A DNA stretch of 64,000 nucleotides, from the NCBI GenBank assembly GCA_951406725.2, contig OX597821.1, positions 40,424,001 through 40,488,000 of the forward strand. The letters run 5' to 3'. How positions within the stretch are numbered: position 1 is the stretch's first letter; each line of letters opens with the position of its first letter. The notes under the pieces are model-generated. The model was not told where the DNA came from, did not search any database, and was given only the letters and a program-made list of their open reading frames with translations. This DNA is from Octopus vulgaris (lineage: Eukaryota). Below, piece by piece: positions 12,779 to 25,780 of this stretch. The position numbers and the translations under genes are program-made.

Positions 12779-14739
12779 AGAAGAAGAAGAAGAAGAAGAA
12801 GAAGAACAACAACAACAACAACAACAACAATAACAACATCAGTAACAACCACAATACTAATGATATCAATAACAGCAGTAACAACAATAATATTACATGA
12901 GTATTATAAATGTATTGGGGGTAATAAGCCAGCCATAATCGTATCATAAGTACAAGGTAATATTTCAGCATCACTTGCTGTGATAAGCTGTAACTTTAGT
13001 GTAATGAACCCAGTTTTGAATAAATTAGAGAGAAAATCAAGAAATCTAATTACAGGATTTAGAATATAGAACCCCGAAGCAAAGATCTAACATGCTTTAT
13101 TCTCCAAGAGCGTGCATTAGATAAGGACTGTTACAAGTAGAAAACTGCTAGATGACATCAGCTGAAAGCTTAAATAATATAAATGAGAAAAGAGCATTAA
13201 GGAATCCGAGATATATAAGAAACTGTTTTCTCTATTTAAGAATATTGACAGACAGGAAAGATAGAGGTTGAGATGGAAGACATAAAAGAATAAGATTGAC
13301 GAAAATGAAATGGAAAATAAAGTAGTTGAGAAGAATGTTGAATAAACAGCAGGGAAATCATTTTATGCAATTGGATAGTTTTGAAAAAGCCAATACACAC
13401 TGCCAAGAATCATACCAATAGCTCTAGATCTCAGTTTTAGAAGCTTAAACTCTTAGAACTCCTGAGAATAGACCAAGATTAGTGTCTGCTTTTTTAAAAC
13501 TAAATGAAAATACTTTACCAAAAAAGGAAACAGGCCAGCAATGTCTATAAACTGTGCAAAGAGAAATAGAAATGTAATTATTGTTTATAAAATGCACTAA
13601 TTACACTTAAACTTAGAAAAAAGTATACATAAAAATAAACAAAATAAAGTTTGGAGCCCTAAAGACAAGTGGCACAGAAATGTCATAGGTAACAGATGGC
13701 ACCAAAATGTATCACAGGCAATATCTGAAAATACTGATGAAGAAGTAGACCATGTAGGTAGTATTGTATTGGGTCAAATTTATGCCAAAAAATGTGCATT
13801 TTAAGGTTTCTCAGTTTTATCAGAGAAAATTATTTCTGAAAGTAATTAGGAAAGGTGTTAAAATGTAAAAATGCAAAAATATAAATGGGAAATGCTTGGA
13901 TCCGGATGAATGGAAGCCTATAGGGTTTATTGAATATTTGAAATGCTTCTGCCTTGCAGAAATGCTGCCACAACTAGAGTTTAGTCCTTGGGCTGAAACT
14001 CATTCAGAATAGACTTCTTTGATGCACAAAGTCTCCTAAGACTAGTGTTGGTCTTACTTATCTATAAACTGCTAGGTTTAACATATTGCTCATTGCATTG
14101 ACCAGAGAAATGTAGGTAACTAGCGACATTCTAGATGATAGATGTCAAATATTTTTCCATGCAAACCAGAATGACAAAGACACAAGCTGCAGGAAAATCT
14201 GCTTTTGATGCAGTGACCATTCCTATTAATTGGTCAAGATTCCTTGGAGATGTAGAATCCTCAGTACATATCTACCCATTATCATTGCTGTCATCATAAT
14301 AGTTTCTTTCATTTAATAATAATGGCTCAAAATATATTTCGGAGACACACAGACATAAACGTGTATTTTAACAATTACAAAAATCAATACACTAAAACAT
14401 ATATAAATATTTATCGATAATTTGTTGATAAACTTGTATATAATGTATATATTGGCAAATTACTATATACAAAACCTACAATAAAAATTACTGTATATAT
14501 TACAAATATGTTTAAAATTATTAATACAAATATAGCTTTAAATTCTAAAAAAAATATTTATAATAAAACGAATTATACAAAGAATATGTGAATGTATGTA
14601 ATGGAAGTCACAATTGGCTGCAGTTCCATGAGGAATTTAATGTAAAATATAGGTTTTTACCAAGACTTTGTTCTTATCTTACTTGTCTTAGTTATAACTC
14701 AAAAGTTTACGTCTGGGTGTCTTTGGTAAATCTTATTAT

Positions 14740-14971
14740 TCTGTGCCAATGAAGGGAAATAGCCTGGAGATCGGGATACACAGATATTGTTTTGAGCTGA
14801 GTTGGGGTGCTAGATTCTTTTGTTCAAAAATATAAGGACACAGACCGAGCTGGAGATGATGTTTCCTGGGGCTAAATTAGAGCAACATTCATCCTAAACC
14901 AGGACTGCCATGTTATGTGGCAAACAATCTTTACTCCAAAGTACTGTTGCTGAATATCTCTCGTTGTGAGA
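14740..14971 (+). mobile_element. Solo copy of the 4383-4834 pLTR-like unit
   Basis: CAGATATTGTTTTGAGCTGAGT..GGGGCTAAATT..CAAACAATCTTTAC..GCTGAATATCTCTCGTTGTGAGA matches both arms at 4.4-4.8 kb. Confidence 0.8.
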
Positions 14972-15632
14972 TTTACAAATAGTCATTTTCTTAATATTAC
15001 AAATCTTGAAGAATATTTCAGAATAAAAAAAACTAAAAAGATTAACAATGTAGAAATTAAAATATTACTAAGTGTCTGAAATTTTACAATCATCTAGGAA
15101 TTGGTTTAGCTGAATATTTAAGAGAATTGTTCCTCAATAAGGCTGTGGATATGAAAGAGTAACATTAAAAAGTTTTGGTGACTAAGAGGTAACCTGGAAT
15201 TCAGATGCATAAGAATTATTAGCAATATAATGGCCATATGCTGCATAAATGGACCACTGGAAGCAGTGAATATATTTTGCCACCAAGCTGACCCAAGTGG
15301 TGCTGAAGAATGGCCAACAGGAAGTAGTTGTAATGCTGGGTTACAAATCGTTGGAACAAGTTCATAGAGCTGTGACTTGTATCAATTATGAAAGCTTTTA
15401 ATAATTGTGAAAGAGGCAATGTGTGTTATAAGGGGAGTGAGACTGCTTGATAGTGACATGTGACCTCTGAGTGCAAATGACTTGTGGACAATAGAAGAGG
15501 AGATTAATTTGATCAATGCAGACTTGTGTAGAAACAAAAGCACTGTGAAAATAAACTGATCGAAAAATGTCTGGAAAAGAAAAGTATAAACTGAAATGAG
15601 AAGGAGAGATATAAACTTATGTAGACATATAT

Positions 15633-15864
15633 GTTTCTTTATTACCCACAAGGGGATAAATATAGAGGGGATAAACAAGGACAGACAAATGGATTAAGTC
15701 GATTACATTGATCTCCAGTGTATAACTGGTACTTAATTTATCGACACCGAAAGGATGAAAGGTAAAGTTGACCTCAGCTGAATTTGAACTCGGAATGTAA
15801 CGACAGACAAAATATGGCTATGCATTTCACCTGGCATGCTAACGTTTCTGTCAGCTCGCCACCT
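15633..15864 (-). mobile_element. Nin/Deu-core tRNA-SINE, full length
   Basis: Matches the family consensus. Perfect 16-bp TSD TTATGTAGACATATAT at 15617-15632 and 15865-15880. Confidence 0.9.
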
Positions 15865-15974
15865 TTATGTAGACATATATACTTATGAAAAATAATTGCT
15901 GAGAGAAAATGATGTTGAGCTGATAGTAAGTAAGCAAGGACTGTCTCAAGTGCTAGGATGCTTAAGATTAGTTA

Positions 15975-16170
15975 TTTGGTTTCCATGGCATACAAGAGAC
16001 CAAGATCCCAATATTCCCCCAAACAGGATGCCATTCTTTGCAGAGTAACTCATTTACAGCTGAATCATCTGGAGAACGAGAAAAAAAACTGACTTCCTCA
16101 AGAACACAATGCACCACCCAGCGCGGAAATTGAAACCCCTATCTTGCAATCATGAGTACAGCATCCTCAT
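15975..16170 (-). mobile_element. Decayed SINE related to the 44313 family
   Basis: ACTCATTTACAGCTGA..TCAAGAACACAATGCA is the reverse complement of the 44390-44455 core. Confidence 0.55.
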
Positions 16171-16729
16171 GCAGCTTAACTGAGCTGATAACAGGAGGTA
16201 AATACCGGTTGCGAACAAGAAAAGCTTTTTATTCTTTCTTTTCTTAAGACACATTACAGCACGGGTAACAGCAAGGCTTGAAAACACAACTATGTGATTA
16301 AGAAACCTAACATCTCAACTGACAGTTGTGAATAATCAAACGATAATTCTTGCAGGTTTGTTTTGTTCAAAACATTGACCACATCGATTCCAATACAATA
16401 TTATTCTTGTGTCTAAAGAAAAGGAATGAAAAACTACTCAGAACAAAATTGTTTATGATGATGGCAATCGAACTTTATCTAACTATTTATGTATTTCCTT
16501 TACTTCCATATTTTATCTAGTTTTGAATTCTGTTTCTGTTCTTTAACTTCAAAGATGAAAATTGCCATCAAGTTACATATTTCACAATGGAATGGCATCC
16601 ATTGAGATGTTCTGGTGAGAAATAGTAATTACAATTTGGCACTGATCAATGCAAATGTGCATTGCTAAATGGAATACTCTGCATCTGTCAAAGTTTAAAA
16701 TTATTCCAATTTATGCAAAAATAATAGCA

Positions 16730-16835
16730 ATAGGCACATATGCACATAAATGCATATACAAACCACATGCACACACATGCATGCATCTGTGCATGTGTGT
16801 GCATGCACATGATTGTGTATCTATCTATCTGTCTA

Positions 16836-16879
<44 letters not shown>

Positions 16880-16882
16880 CAC

Positions 16883-16925
<43 letters not shown>

Positions 16926-17110
16926 CTTATATATTCGTACATATATACAAAAATTATATATACATGTACACTTAGGCATGCACACGCATACACACACACT
17001 CACGGAGCTGTGTGTACATTTGTGCGTGTATGTGTGTGTGTGCACGCGCACGCATGCCTATATGTATACATGCCTATATGCATGTTTCTTTGTCTTTGTA
17101 TGTACATAGA
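16730..17110. repeat. Compound TA/TG/CA microsatellite
   Basis: Directly visible. Confidence 0.9.
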
Positions 17111-17499
17111 TACCATATTTGAAATGAAGATTAAATTTTCAAAGAACATAAAAAAAGCTGAATTCTTTAAAAACCAAGCTAAAGAATATACATGTATATA
17201 ATCCAAAATATCTGACAAAAATCAAAGCAGAGAAAACAGAGTAAAAGAATAATTGCAGAGAAAAGGAAGTGAAGTGAAAAATTCAATGAATATATAAAAT
17301 TATAAATAAGATTATGCCATATTGGTTGAAATCACCATTTGCCATCAGCTCTCTTCTACATATTTACTGCATAAAAAAAAACAAAAACAAACAAAAAATG
17401 CACTATTTAACTTGGGGCTACAAACTAGGAATTGATTAAGATTTAGTATGTTTAATATTTTTTTTATACACATGCAAATAGATGTGTGTGTAGATATCT

Positions 17500-17504
17500 A
17501 TAAG

Positions 17505-17549
<45 letters not shown>

Positions 17550-17588
17550 GTATATTATTATACACGTATATGTATATATTTATTTTGT

Positions 17589-17635
<47 letters not shown>

Positions 17636-17700
17636 TATACATATGTGTGTATATATATATATACATGTATCTTTGCATTATATATGTATGTATATATATA

Positions 17701-17749
<49 letters not shown>

Positions 17750-17890
17750 GTGTGTTTGTGTGTGTGTTTGTGTATGCTTATATATATATACGTATATATA
17801 CAAGTATATATATGTGTGTTTATACATACACACACACACACACACGCACACACACGCGCACGCGCACACACACGCTTGCACACACATGGT
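17500..17890. repeat. Compound CA/TA/TG microsatellite
   Basis: Directly visible. Confidence 0.9.
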
Positions 17891-18261
17891 TTTGCTTCTT
17901 CTCTCAAAGCTTCCTGCCTGTCTTTTACCTGCTGACAAGAGATAGTTGAAAATGGAAAATTTAAACGTGATGCAAATTATCATAAAGCCATTGAAATAAT
18001 AACAGCGTGAGGTTGATTTGTTTTAAATGAAAAGTAATGAATTTCTTTTGTTCCAGTTAAAAAGTTCCATCTTTGGCAATCGATATCTGCAATGCTTAAC
18101 TCTTTAAAGCTGCTAGGATTGGTTTTCTTTGGAAATATTGTTCCCTCTAGATGTAACTGGACATTTTTTCGTTTTTCTGCTTCTTAACCCTTTCCAATAA
18201 TCTTCTTATTTGTAACTTAAGGCTTTTAGATCACATTTTCAATTATAAAATAAATCCGTTC

Positions 18262-18304
<43 letters not shown>

Positions 18305-18414
18305 TCCATCTCTCTATCTCTCTGTCTGCCTGCCTTTCTATCTGTGTATCTGTCTCTCACTTTCCCTTTTTCTCTTTGTATTTATTGTTGAAGGATGTTT
18401 ATATAAATTTATCA

Positions 18415-18824
18415 GTAGCAGGAGTGGCTGTGTGGTAAGTAGCTTGCTAACCAACCACATGGTTCCGGGTTCAGTCCCACTGCGTGGCATCTTGGGCAAG
18501 TGTCTTCTGCTATAGCCCCGGGCCGACCAATGCTTTGTGAGTGGATTTGGTAGACAGAAACTGAAAGAAGCCTGTGGTATATATGTATATATATATATAT
18601 GTGTGTGTGTTTGTGTGTCTGTGTTTGTCCCCCTAGCATTGCTTGACAACCGATGCTGATGTGTTTACGTCCCCGTCACTTAGCAGTTCGGCAAAAGAGA
18701 CCGATAGAATAAGTACTGGGCTTACAAAGAATAAGTCTCGGGGTCGATTTGCTCGACTAAAGGCAGTGCTCCAGCATGGCTGCAGTCAAATGACTGAAAC
18801 AAGTAAAAGAGAGTAAAAGAGAGT
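18415..18824 (+). mobile_element. SINE family B, near-intact
   Basis: tRNA-like head (GTGGCTGTGTGG..GGGTTCAGTCCC), CTTGGGCAAGTGTCTTCT, internal (TA)(TG) tract and (AAAAGAGAGT) tail. Several CpGs are retained. Confidence 0.9.
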
Positions 18825-19307
18825 CGATCCAACCGTGGGGTGTAGGCTTAGTTCTGCTGTTAAGATGTTTGCTCCCTTACAATGTGGCTTGGAGTTCAGG
18901 CATATTGTGTGGCATTACCATATCCCTGGACCAACCGAAGCCTTGTGAGGAAATTTGTAAGACAGGAGCTCATTGTGTGTGTGTGTGTATGTGTGTGTGT
19001 GTGTATGTGTGTGTGTGTGCCACCTCTTGACATTGTGTGATACCTGTAAACAAGTGCCACCACCAAACAAGCTGTGTTGTTTATTTCCAATCTTTCTCGA
19101 AAACATGTCCAGGCATAAGAAAAGAAAATATTAACTTGTTATTACATTTTCATACAAATTATATATATATATATATACATATATATACCTCAGTGGCATT
19201 TGAACTCAGAACATAAAGACAGACAAAATACAGCTAAGCATTTTGCCAAGTGTACTAATGATTCTGCCAGCTCAGCACATTTAATATATCAATATATTAA
19301 CTCTAGT

Positions 19308-20010
19308 AGGGTGGCAAGCTGGTAGAATTGTTAGTACATCATCATCAATATCATCACCATCGTTTAACGACCGTTTTCCCTACTGGCATGGGTTGGATGG
19401 TTTGACTGAGGTCTAAAAGCCAGCAGCTGCATCAGGCTCCAATATGATCTGGCAAAGTTTCTACAGCTGGATACTCTTCCTAACACCAACCACTCTGAGA
19501 GTGTAGTGGGTGTTATTTACATGTCACCGTCATGGGAGCCAGTCAGGCGGGCCTGACATCGATCATGTTCTGATAGTGCTTTTTACATGCCACTAGCATG
19601 GGAGCCAGTCAGGGGGCACTGGTATCAGTCACGTTCAGATGGTGCTTTTTATGTGCCACTGGCATGGGAGCCAGTCAGGCGAGCCTGGCATCAATCATGT
19701 TTGGATTGTGCCACTGGCATTGGGAGCCAGTCAGGGGGGATCTGGCATCAGCCATGTTCGGATGGTGCTTTTTACGTGCCACCAGTATAGGAGCCAGTCA
19801 AGTGGCCCTGGCTTTAATCATGTCGGGAAAAATGTTTCAAGGCATTTTATCCATCTTTACATTCTGAGTTCAAATTCCACCGAGGTCAACTTTGCCTTTC
19901 GTTCTTTTGGGGTCAATAAAACAACTACCAGCTGAGCACTGGGGTTGATGAAATCGACTTGCCCTGTCCCCTAAAATTACTGCCCTTGTTCCAAAATGTG
20001 AAACCAATAT
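19308..20010 (+). mobile_element. Nin-core SINE interrupted by a minus-strand RTE 3'UTR insertion (about 19338-19825)
   Basis: The SINE head GGTGGCAAGCTGGTAGAATTGTTAG stops at (CAT)n and the body resumes at about 19826 (AAAATG..TTCTGAGTTCAAATTCC). Confidence 0.75.
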
Positions 20011-20509
20011 ATTATCTCCAGTGTTTATTTTATACAAATAGTTCTACATAATCATTTCAAGGATAATCATTTAATCTTAATGACAGACAACATTTTTAAT
20101 TCAATCATTATACATTATACTTCATCTTCCTCAATCCTTTCTTCATTTGGCTCTTTTTAAAAGTTTATATTTCATTTCTAATATTCTTGCCATTTAATCA
20201 CAAGTCTGTTTTTAGCAAACTATTTGTTCTTAATTACAAATATAATCTTAGCAAAGATGTCCAACCATAAAAACATTTACCATCCTCCAAACATCTGTCG
20301 TCATCAGTTGTTCAATAACCTCTCGTCTAACACTGAGAGCATTTGTCTGAATCTTCTTAAATCCTCAACAATTAGTCTCATCACTTCACATTCAAAATTT
20401 CTCTGACTTCCTCAATTTAATCATTTACTCTAAGGGCCGCAAACTTACAATTTTCCATAGCATATAACAACAGAGCTTCTCTCTGACAAATTCTCTTCAA
20501 TAAAACTAT

Positions 20510-20690
20510 TTTTCTCTACTCTAGGCACAAGGCCTGTAATTTTTGAGGATGGGGCCAGTTGATTAGATCAACCCCAGTATGCAACTGGTACTTAATTTAT
20601 CAACCCCGAAAGCATGAAAGGCAAAGTTGACCTTGGCGAAATTTGAACTCAGAACGTAGCAGCAGACAAAATACTACTAAGAATTTTGCC
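20510..20690 (-). mobile_element. 5'-truncated Nin-core SINE
   Basis: GCAACTGGTACTTAATTTATCAACCCCGAAAG..GGCAAAGTTGACC. Confidence 0.8.
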
Positions 20691-21054
20691 CACTGAACCA
20701 GGTGTAAGCGAGAGAAAGCCAAAAAGGTGTTTATATCTACTCACAACTATGCAAGCACCTAAAACAATTAGCTTATACATGATATGCCTTACCATCACAT
20801 GCTGCTGTGGATTTGTTTCCTTGTGTGGAGAAGAATATAAATTTTGAGTCAGCCTTAGCAGAACTAACTATTGCCCACATATCCTTTGATTCCTTCTTTC
20901 TATCTTCGACTGTACTCAAGCATTAACCGGGTGACAGGTTTAGGCTAAGGAAATAATTATTAGCAATCATCGTTATCATCTTGCATGTCTTAATCTTCAT
21001 AGTTATCAAACCTATAGTCCTGAAGCTTACTTCGTCAGAAACCTTCAGTCCATT

Positions 21055-21637
21055 CATCATCATCATCATCATCATCATCATCGTCTAACGTCTACTTTCC
21101 ATGCTAGCATGGGTTGGACGATTTTGACTGAGGGCTGGCGAACCAGATGGCTGCACCAGGCTCCAATCTTGATCTGGCAGAGTTTCTACAGCTTGATGCC
21201 CTTCCTAACGCCAATCACTCCGAGAGTGTAGTGGGTGCTTTTTACGTGCCACCGACATTGGGGCCAGTCAGGCGGTACTAGCAATGACCTCACTCGAATC
21301 TTTTTACACAGACCACCAGCACAGGTGCCAGTAAGGCGACGTTGGTAACGATCACACTCGAATGGTGCTCTTTTACGTGCCACCGGCATGGAGGCAGTTA
21401 GCGCTCTAGCAATGATCACACTTGGATGGTGCTCTTGGCACCCTACAAGCACGGGCACAAGTGCCAGTAAGGCGACGTTGGTAACGATCACACTCGAATG
21501 GTGCTCTTTTACGTGCCACTGGCACAGAAACTGGTTAGCCGCTCTGTCAACAATCACCCTCGTATGGTGCTCTTTGCACCCCACTAGCTCGGATGCCAGT
21601 CGTCGAATTTGATTTTGATTTTGATTTCATTTGCCTC
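21055..21637 (-). mobile_element. RTE 3'UTR-derived element with internal minisatellite (young, CpG-rich)
   Basis: (CAT)n tail and conserved ATGCCCTTCCTAACGCCAA..CTCCGAGAGTGTAGTGGG. GCCAGTAAGGCGACGTTGG repeats at 21327 and 21463. Confidence 0.85.
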
Positions 21638-21964
21638 TATTAACTCACACAATCTGTCTCTTGTCATCAAGGGTTTTTCACAAAGAAATAAATTCCTTTA
21701 GTATCATTAAATCTCTTGACGAAATCTGAAATTGGAATTTTCAAGTAAATTTTCTCTAGGATTAATTTATCCCAGGAATCAATGAGAAGCCATACCAGGA
21801 AGAAATAATTTATGATCAGTTTTACAAATTAATTTAAACAGATTTGACATCTCGTCTAGATCTTCATTCTTATTTGAAATGCATGTGATGGTGCTTATAT
21901 AAGAATCTAATATTAAACTCATCAAGATGATATTCTCACCTTTTAAAGATAACATTTCTCTACA

Positions 21965-22369
21965 CTCAGATGGCTGCACCAGCCTCCAATCTGATCTGGC
22001 AAAGTTTCTAATGCCAACCATTCTGAGAGTGTAGTGGGCACTTTTATGTGCTACCGGCACAAGGGCCAGACAGGCAGTTCTGGCAACAACCATGCTCAAA
22101 AGCTGTTCTTAAGATGCTACCTGCATGGGAGCCAGTCCGGTGGCACTGGCAATGACCATGTTCAAACGTTGTTTTTCATGTGCCACCGGTAAATGTGCCG
22201 GTAAGGCGACACTGGCAACAATCACACTCAGATATGCTTTCAATGTTCCACTGGCACAAGTGCCAATCAGGTGGTACTGTCATCGGCCACATCAGCGATT
22301 TTGATTTTGATTTCACTTGCCTCAATAGGTCTCCGCAAGCAAAATTTATTGTCCAATGAATGAAGGGTA

Positions 22370-22372
<3 letters not shown>
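21965..22372 (-). mobile_element. RTE 3'UTR fragment
   Basis: Homologous to 940-1275 and 21150-21635. Confidence 0.75.
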
Positions 22373-22424
<52 letters not shown>

Positions 22425-22446
22425 ATATGTATATATGTATATATGT

Positions 22447-22477
<31 letters not shown>

Positions 22478-22707
22478 CACACATCACATATATATATATG
22501 TGCTCAAATATGTATGCATATGTTTGTGAGTCTGTGAATGTTTTGTGTGTGTGTGTGTATTCAATTTTAAAAATGCATGGATTACAATTGTATACTTGTA
22601 TGTGCATACATATGCATACATTGACTTTTGTGACAATGTGTATAACCATATTTAGTTCTTCCAACACCAAGCCATCCACTGACAAGGTCCCTATATGATA
22701 TGTAAAG

Positions 22708-23055
22708 AATCATCATCATCATTGTTCGACCGTAGTTGAGACAATGGAATTTACTATGCCATGCCAGACTTCACGGTCCATCATGGCATTATGGAGGTCC
22801 TGTTGCTGGATGCCTGTATCCCTGGAGATTACATCAGGGAAGGAGAGTGTGCGCCCTCTGGTATTGCGAGTAGATGGCTTCCAGAGGAGAAGAGTAGAAA
22901 TTACCTCTTTTTCAGCTCTACAACAATGTCCAGCAAACTGGACTCTCCTACCTTTCACAAGAGATGACACAGGTGGTAGTTTCCCATATATTTGCATTTT
23001 GGTTCGATGGCACTTCCACGAGAGATTTTGAGCTCTCATAAGGAGGCGAGTGTAG
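22708..23055 (-). mobile_element. RTE/RTEX-like LINE 3' end (second family)
   Basis: ORF 22719-23039 has SW..H.T...IYG.LPPVS..V..RR.QFAGHC.R...LLLW.P....RGR....DR..W, typical of the post-RT region of the RTE group. (ATG)n tail. Confidence 0.85.
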
Positions 23056-23536
23056 GGAGGCCACTCTTAGAGGACCCCACCACCAAATGCCCTAATACAA
23101 TTTGCTGACTCACAATTTATATTCTTCTCCACACAAGGAAACAAATCCACAGCAGCATGTGATGGTAAGTCATATCATGTATAAGCTAATTGTTTTAGGT
23201 GCTTGCATAGTTGTGAGCAGATATAAACACATTTTTGGGTTTCTCTCTCTTTCACTTGGCTCAGTGGTATATATTCGATGTAACAGCTGGAAAAAAAAAG
23301 GCAGAACTAGTACTCAGCTGGTACTCATTTTCAGCTGAGAAAACTGGAGCATTGTTAAATAAAGTACCAAGGAAATAATGGGGCACCTAGTCCGGGCAGG
23401 GAATACCTCAATTATGATGATCCACCAAAAACACACACGCACACACACACAGTTACCTATTTATATATATGCACACATACTTAAATTACATTATATATAT
23501 ATATGAACACATCTATCTATCTATCTACCCATCTAT

Positions 23537-23604
<68 letters not shown>

Positions 23605-23607
23605 ATA

Positions 23608-23653
<46 letters not shown>

Positions 23654-23685
23654 CACACACACATACACGTAACTACATATATATA

Positions 23686-24560
23686 TGGGATCTGACCAAT
23701 AAGTATCTGCACTGTTGCCATAGTAACGAAGTTAAAGCATGCAGCATAAAGCTGCTTGGCACAGATTGACCATGAATGCTGTTGTGCATGCACACTAAGT
23801 TTTAACATTCTAGCTCATTTCCATATTTACAGTAGTGCTTCAAAGGAAGGTGTGTTGTGTGTGATTGTTGCATTGACCATAACAGAGAAGGAAGTTGAGA
23901 AAAGAATCAGCATCAAATTTTGTCGAAAGTCTGGCGATTCCTACTCAAATGCCTACACAAAGTTTCCAAACAGTTTTCATCGTTTTCAACAGAATCAAGG
24001 AAATTTTGTGCAATTGAAACCCGAGTATCTTTTTGGTCATCTGAAAGCGGTTTTGGCAGAAACTTAGCAGACATGTATCTCATACCCAACTCTACAGTGA
24101 TAATGGACTGAACTGAACCGTAACTAATCTGTACATCCTCTAATAACTCATGGATGGTGATTCAACAATTTCCCCGCACAGCTGCAGGCACATCTGCTAT
24201 GTTTTGTCTCACTTCTGCTGGCCATGTGTTTCCCAGAACATTCGTCAATATCAACATTTTCTCAGTCATCTTGGAAACATCTGAACCACTCGTACACTTG
24301 TGTGTGGTTCATATACTCCTCTCTATACACTTTCTGCAACTTTGCATTATCCTCTTTCTCTGGCATTGTCAATGTGACGATCACACTCCACACACGTTCC
24401 TTCTAAGCATTGCTATAAACAGCAGAAGTGAGCTAGAACATTAAAACTTAGTGTGCACGCACAACAAAGTTTAAGGCCAATGTTTGCCAAGCAGCTTTAC
24501 TCTGCATGCCATAGCTTCGTTACTATGGCAACAGTCTGGTTACTTATTGATCAGACCTCG
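23686..24560. mobile_element. Mariner-derived non-autonomous element with ~205-bp inverted arms
   Basis: TA flanks at 23684-85 and 24561-62. Termini are TGGGATCTGACCAATAAGT and (rc) CGAGGTCTGATCAATAAGT. Transposase N-terminal remnants occur on both strands: EKRISIKFCRK on plus and KLQKVYREEYMNHTQVYEWFRCF on minus. Confidence 0.85.
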
Positions 24561-24699
24561 TATAAACATAAGCATATTACTATCTATCTATATGTGTGTG
24601 TGTGAGTGGATATATACACGTGTGTGTGTACATATACATATGTGTGTATATGTGCATATGTATACACATATATATATACACATACACACAGATGTGCAT

Positions 24700-24855
24700 C
24701 CACACAATTTCTATCTACCAAATTCATTCTCAAAACAAGGGCTATCATAGAAGAAACATGCCCAAAGTACCCCAAGGTACCACACAGAGTAAGTGGACTG
24801 AAAACCAGGTGATTGCAAAGTAAACTTCTTCACCATGCACCCATGCCTGCATCTA
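24700..24855 (-). mobile_element. Decayed SINE family B head
   Basis: TCTACCAAATTCA..ATAGAAGAAACATGCCCAA..CCATGCCTGCA. Confidence 0.6.
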
Positions 24856-25257
24856 AAAAGAAAATCTTAAACACTTCCCTGTTTTTCTTATTTCCAGCTA
24901 AGTAAAGAAAACCAATTTGTTTGTCCATGGAAAGTGGACAGTGCTTATGGCAGGATGTGAACTAGCAACACTATGGTAGTTTGGATTCAATCAGCTCAGC
25001 TTTTACAGTAAAACAGCATGAAATACAATTTGCGGGAAATTGTACATTTTTTTCCAATCCCGAATATCAACAAATATCAATGAAACTTGACAATAGCTGA
25101 CAAGACCAGTTAAGTTCAAATAGTCTTCACACTCACTCACTTCCCACTAGCAGCTGCTAAATCTAATTTAAAAGCTGGTTAAATCATCTCAGTAATAAGA
25201 AGGAGTATTTGAGTAAACGCTTATTTGCTATATTCACTTCTACAGCAGACACTACTA

Positions 25258-25269
25258 TTAATAATGATG

Positions 25270-25333
<64 letters not shown>

Positions 25334-25364
25334 TGATGATGATGATGATGATAATAATAATTAT

Positions 25365-25411
<47 letters not shown>

Positions 25412-25520
25412 TAATACTAATGATGATGATGATGATGATGATGATAATAATAATAATAATATAATAATGATGATGATGTTGATGATGATGAGGAGGAGGA
25501 GGAGGAAGATGGTGATGGTG

Positions 25521-25573
<53 letters not shown>

Positions 25574-25580
25574 GATGATG
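25258..25580. repeat. (AAT)n/(GAT)n microsatellite
   Basis: Directly visible. Confidence 0.95.
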
Positions 25581-25780
25581 ATTTGAAATTTCGGCACAAA
25601 GCCAGCAATTTCAGGGGTGAGGGAGGGGGGCGAGTCAATCACATCAACTCCAAAACTCAACTGAAGGAATGAAAGACAAAACCAAACTTGTCAGAATTTG
25701 AATTCAGGATGTAAAGAAAGACAAAGTGCTTCTAGGCATTTTTCCTGGTATGGTAAGGATTCTGCTAGTTCGCCACCAAG
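25580..25780 (-). mobile_element. Decayed Nin-core SINE
   Basis: GGCACAAAGCCAGCAATTTCAGG..AGAATTTGAATTCAG..CTGCTAGTTCGCCACC. Confidence 0.65.

Larger units (their letters stand above)
20690..23267. repeat. Long-range inverted repeat: 164-bp arms at 20690-20853 and 23104-23267
   Basis: CTCACAACTATGCAAGCACCTAAAACAATTAGCTTATACATGATATG.. in the left arm is the reverse complement of ..CATATCATGTATAAGCTAATTGTTTTAGGTGCTTGCATAGTTGTGAG in the right arm. Confidence 0.9.

Noticed and set aside
12960-12990. miR-2-like sequence TATCACAGC on the minus strand
   Set aside because: Only the seed region matches and there is no complementary hairpin arm.
13000-13750. Purine-rich stretch resembling old LINE coding sequence (also 15000-15600, 20100-20500 and 52600-53150)
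   Set aside because: Stops in all frames and no diagnostic motif recoverable by eye.
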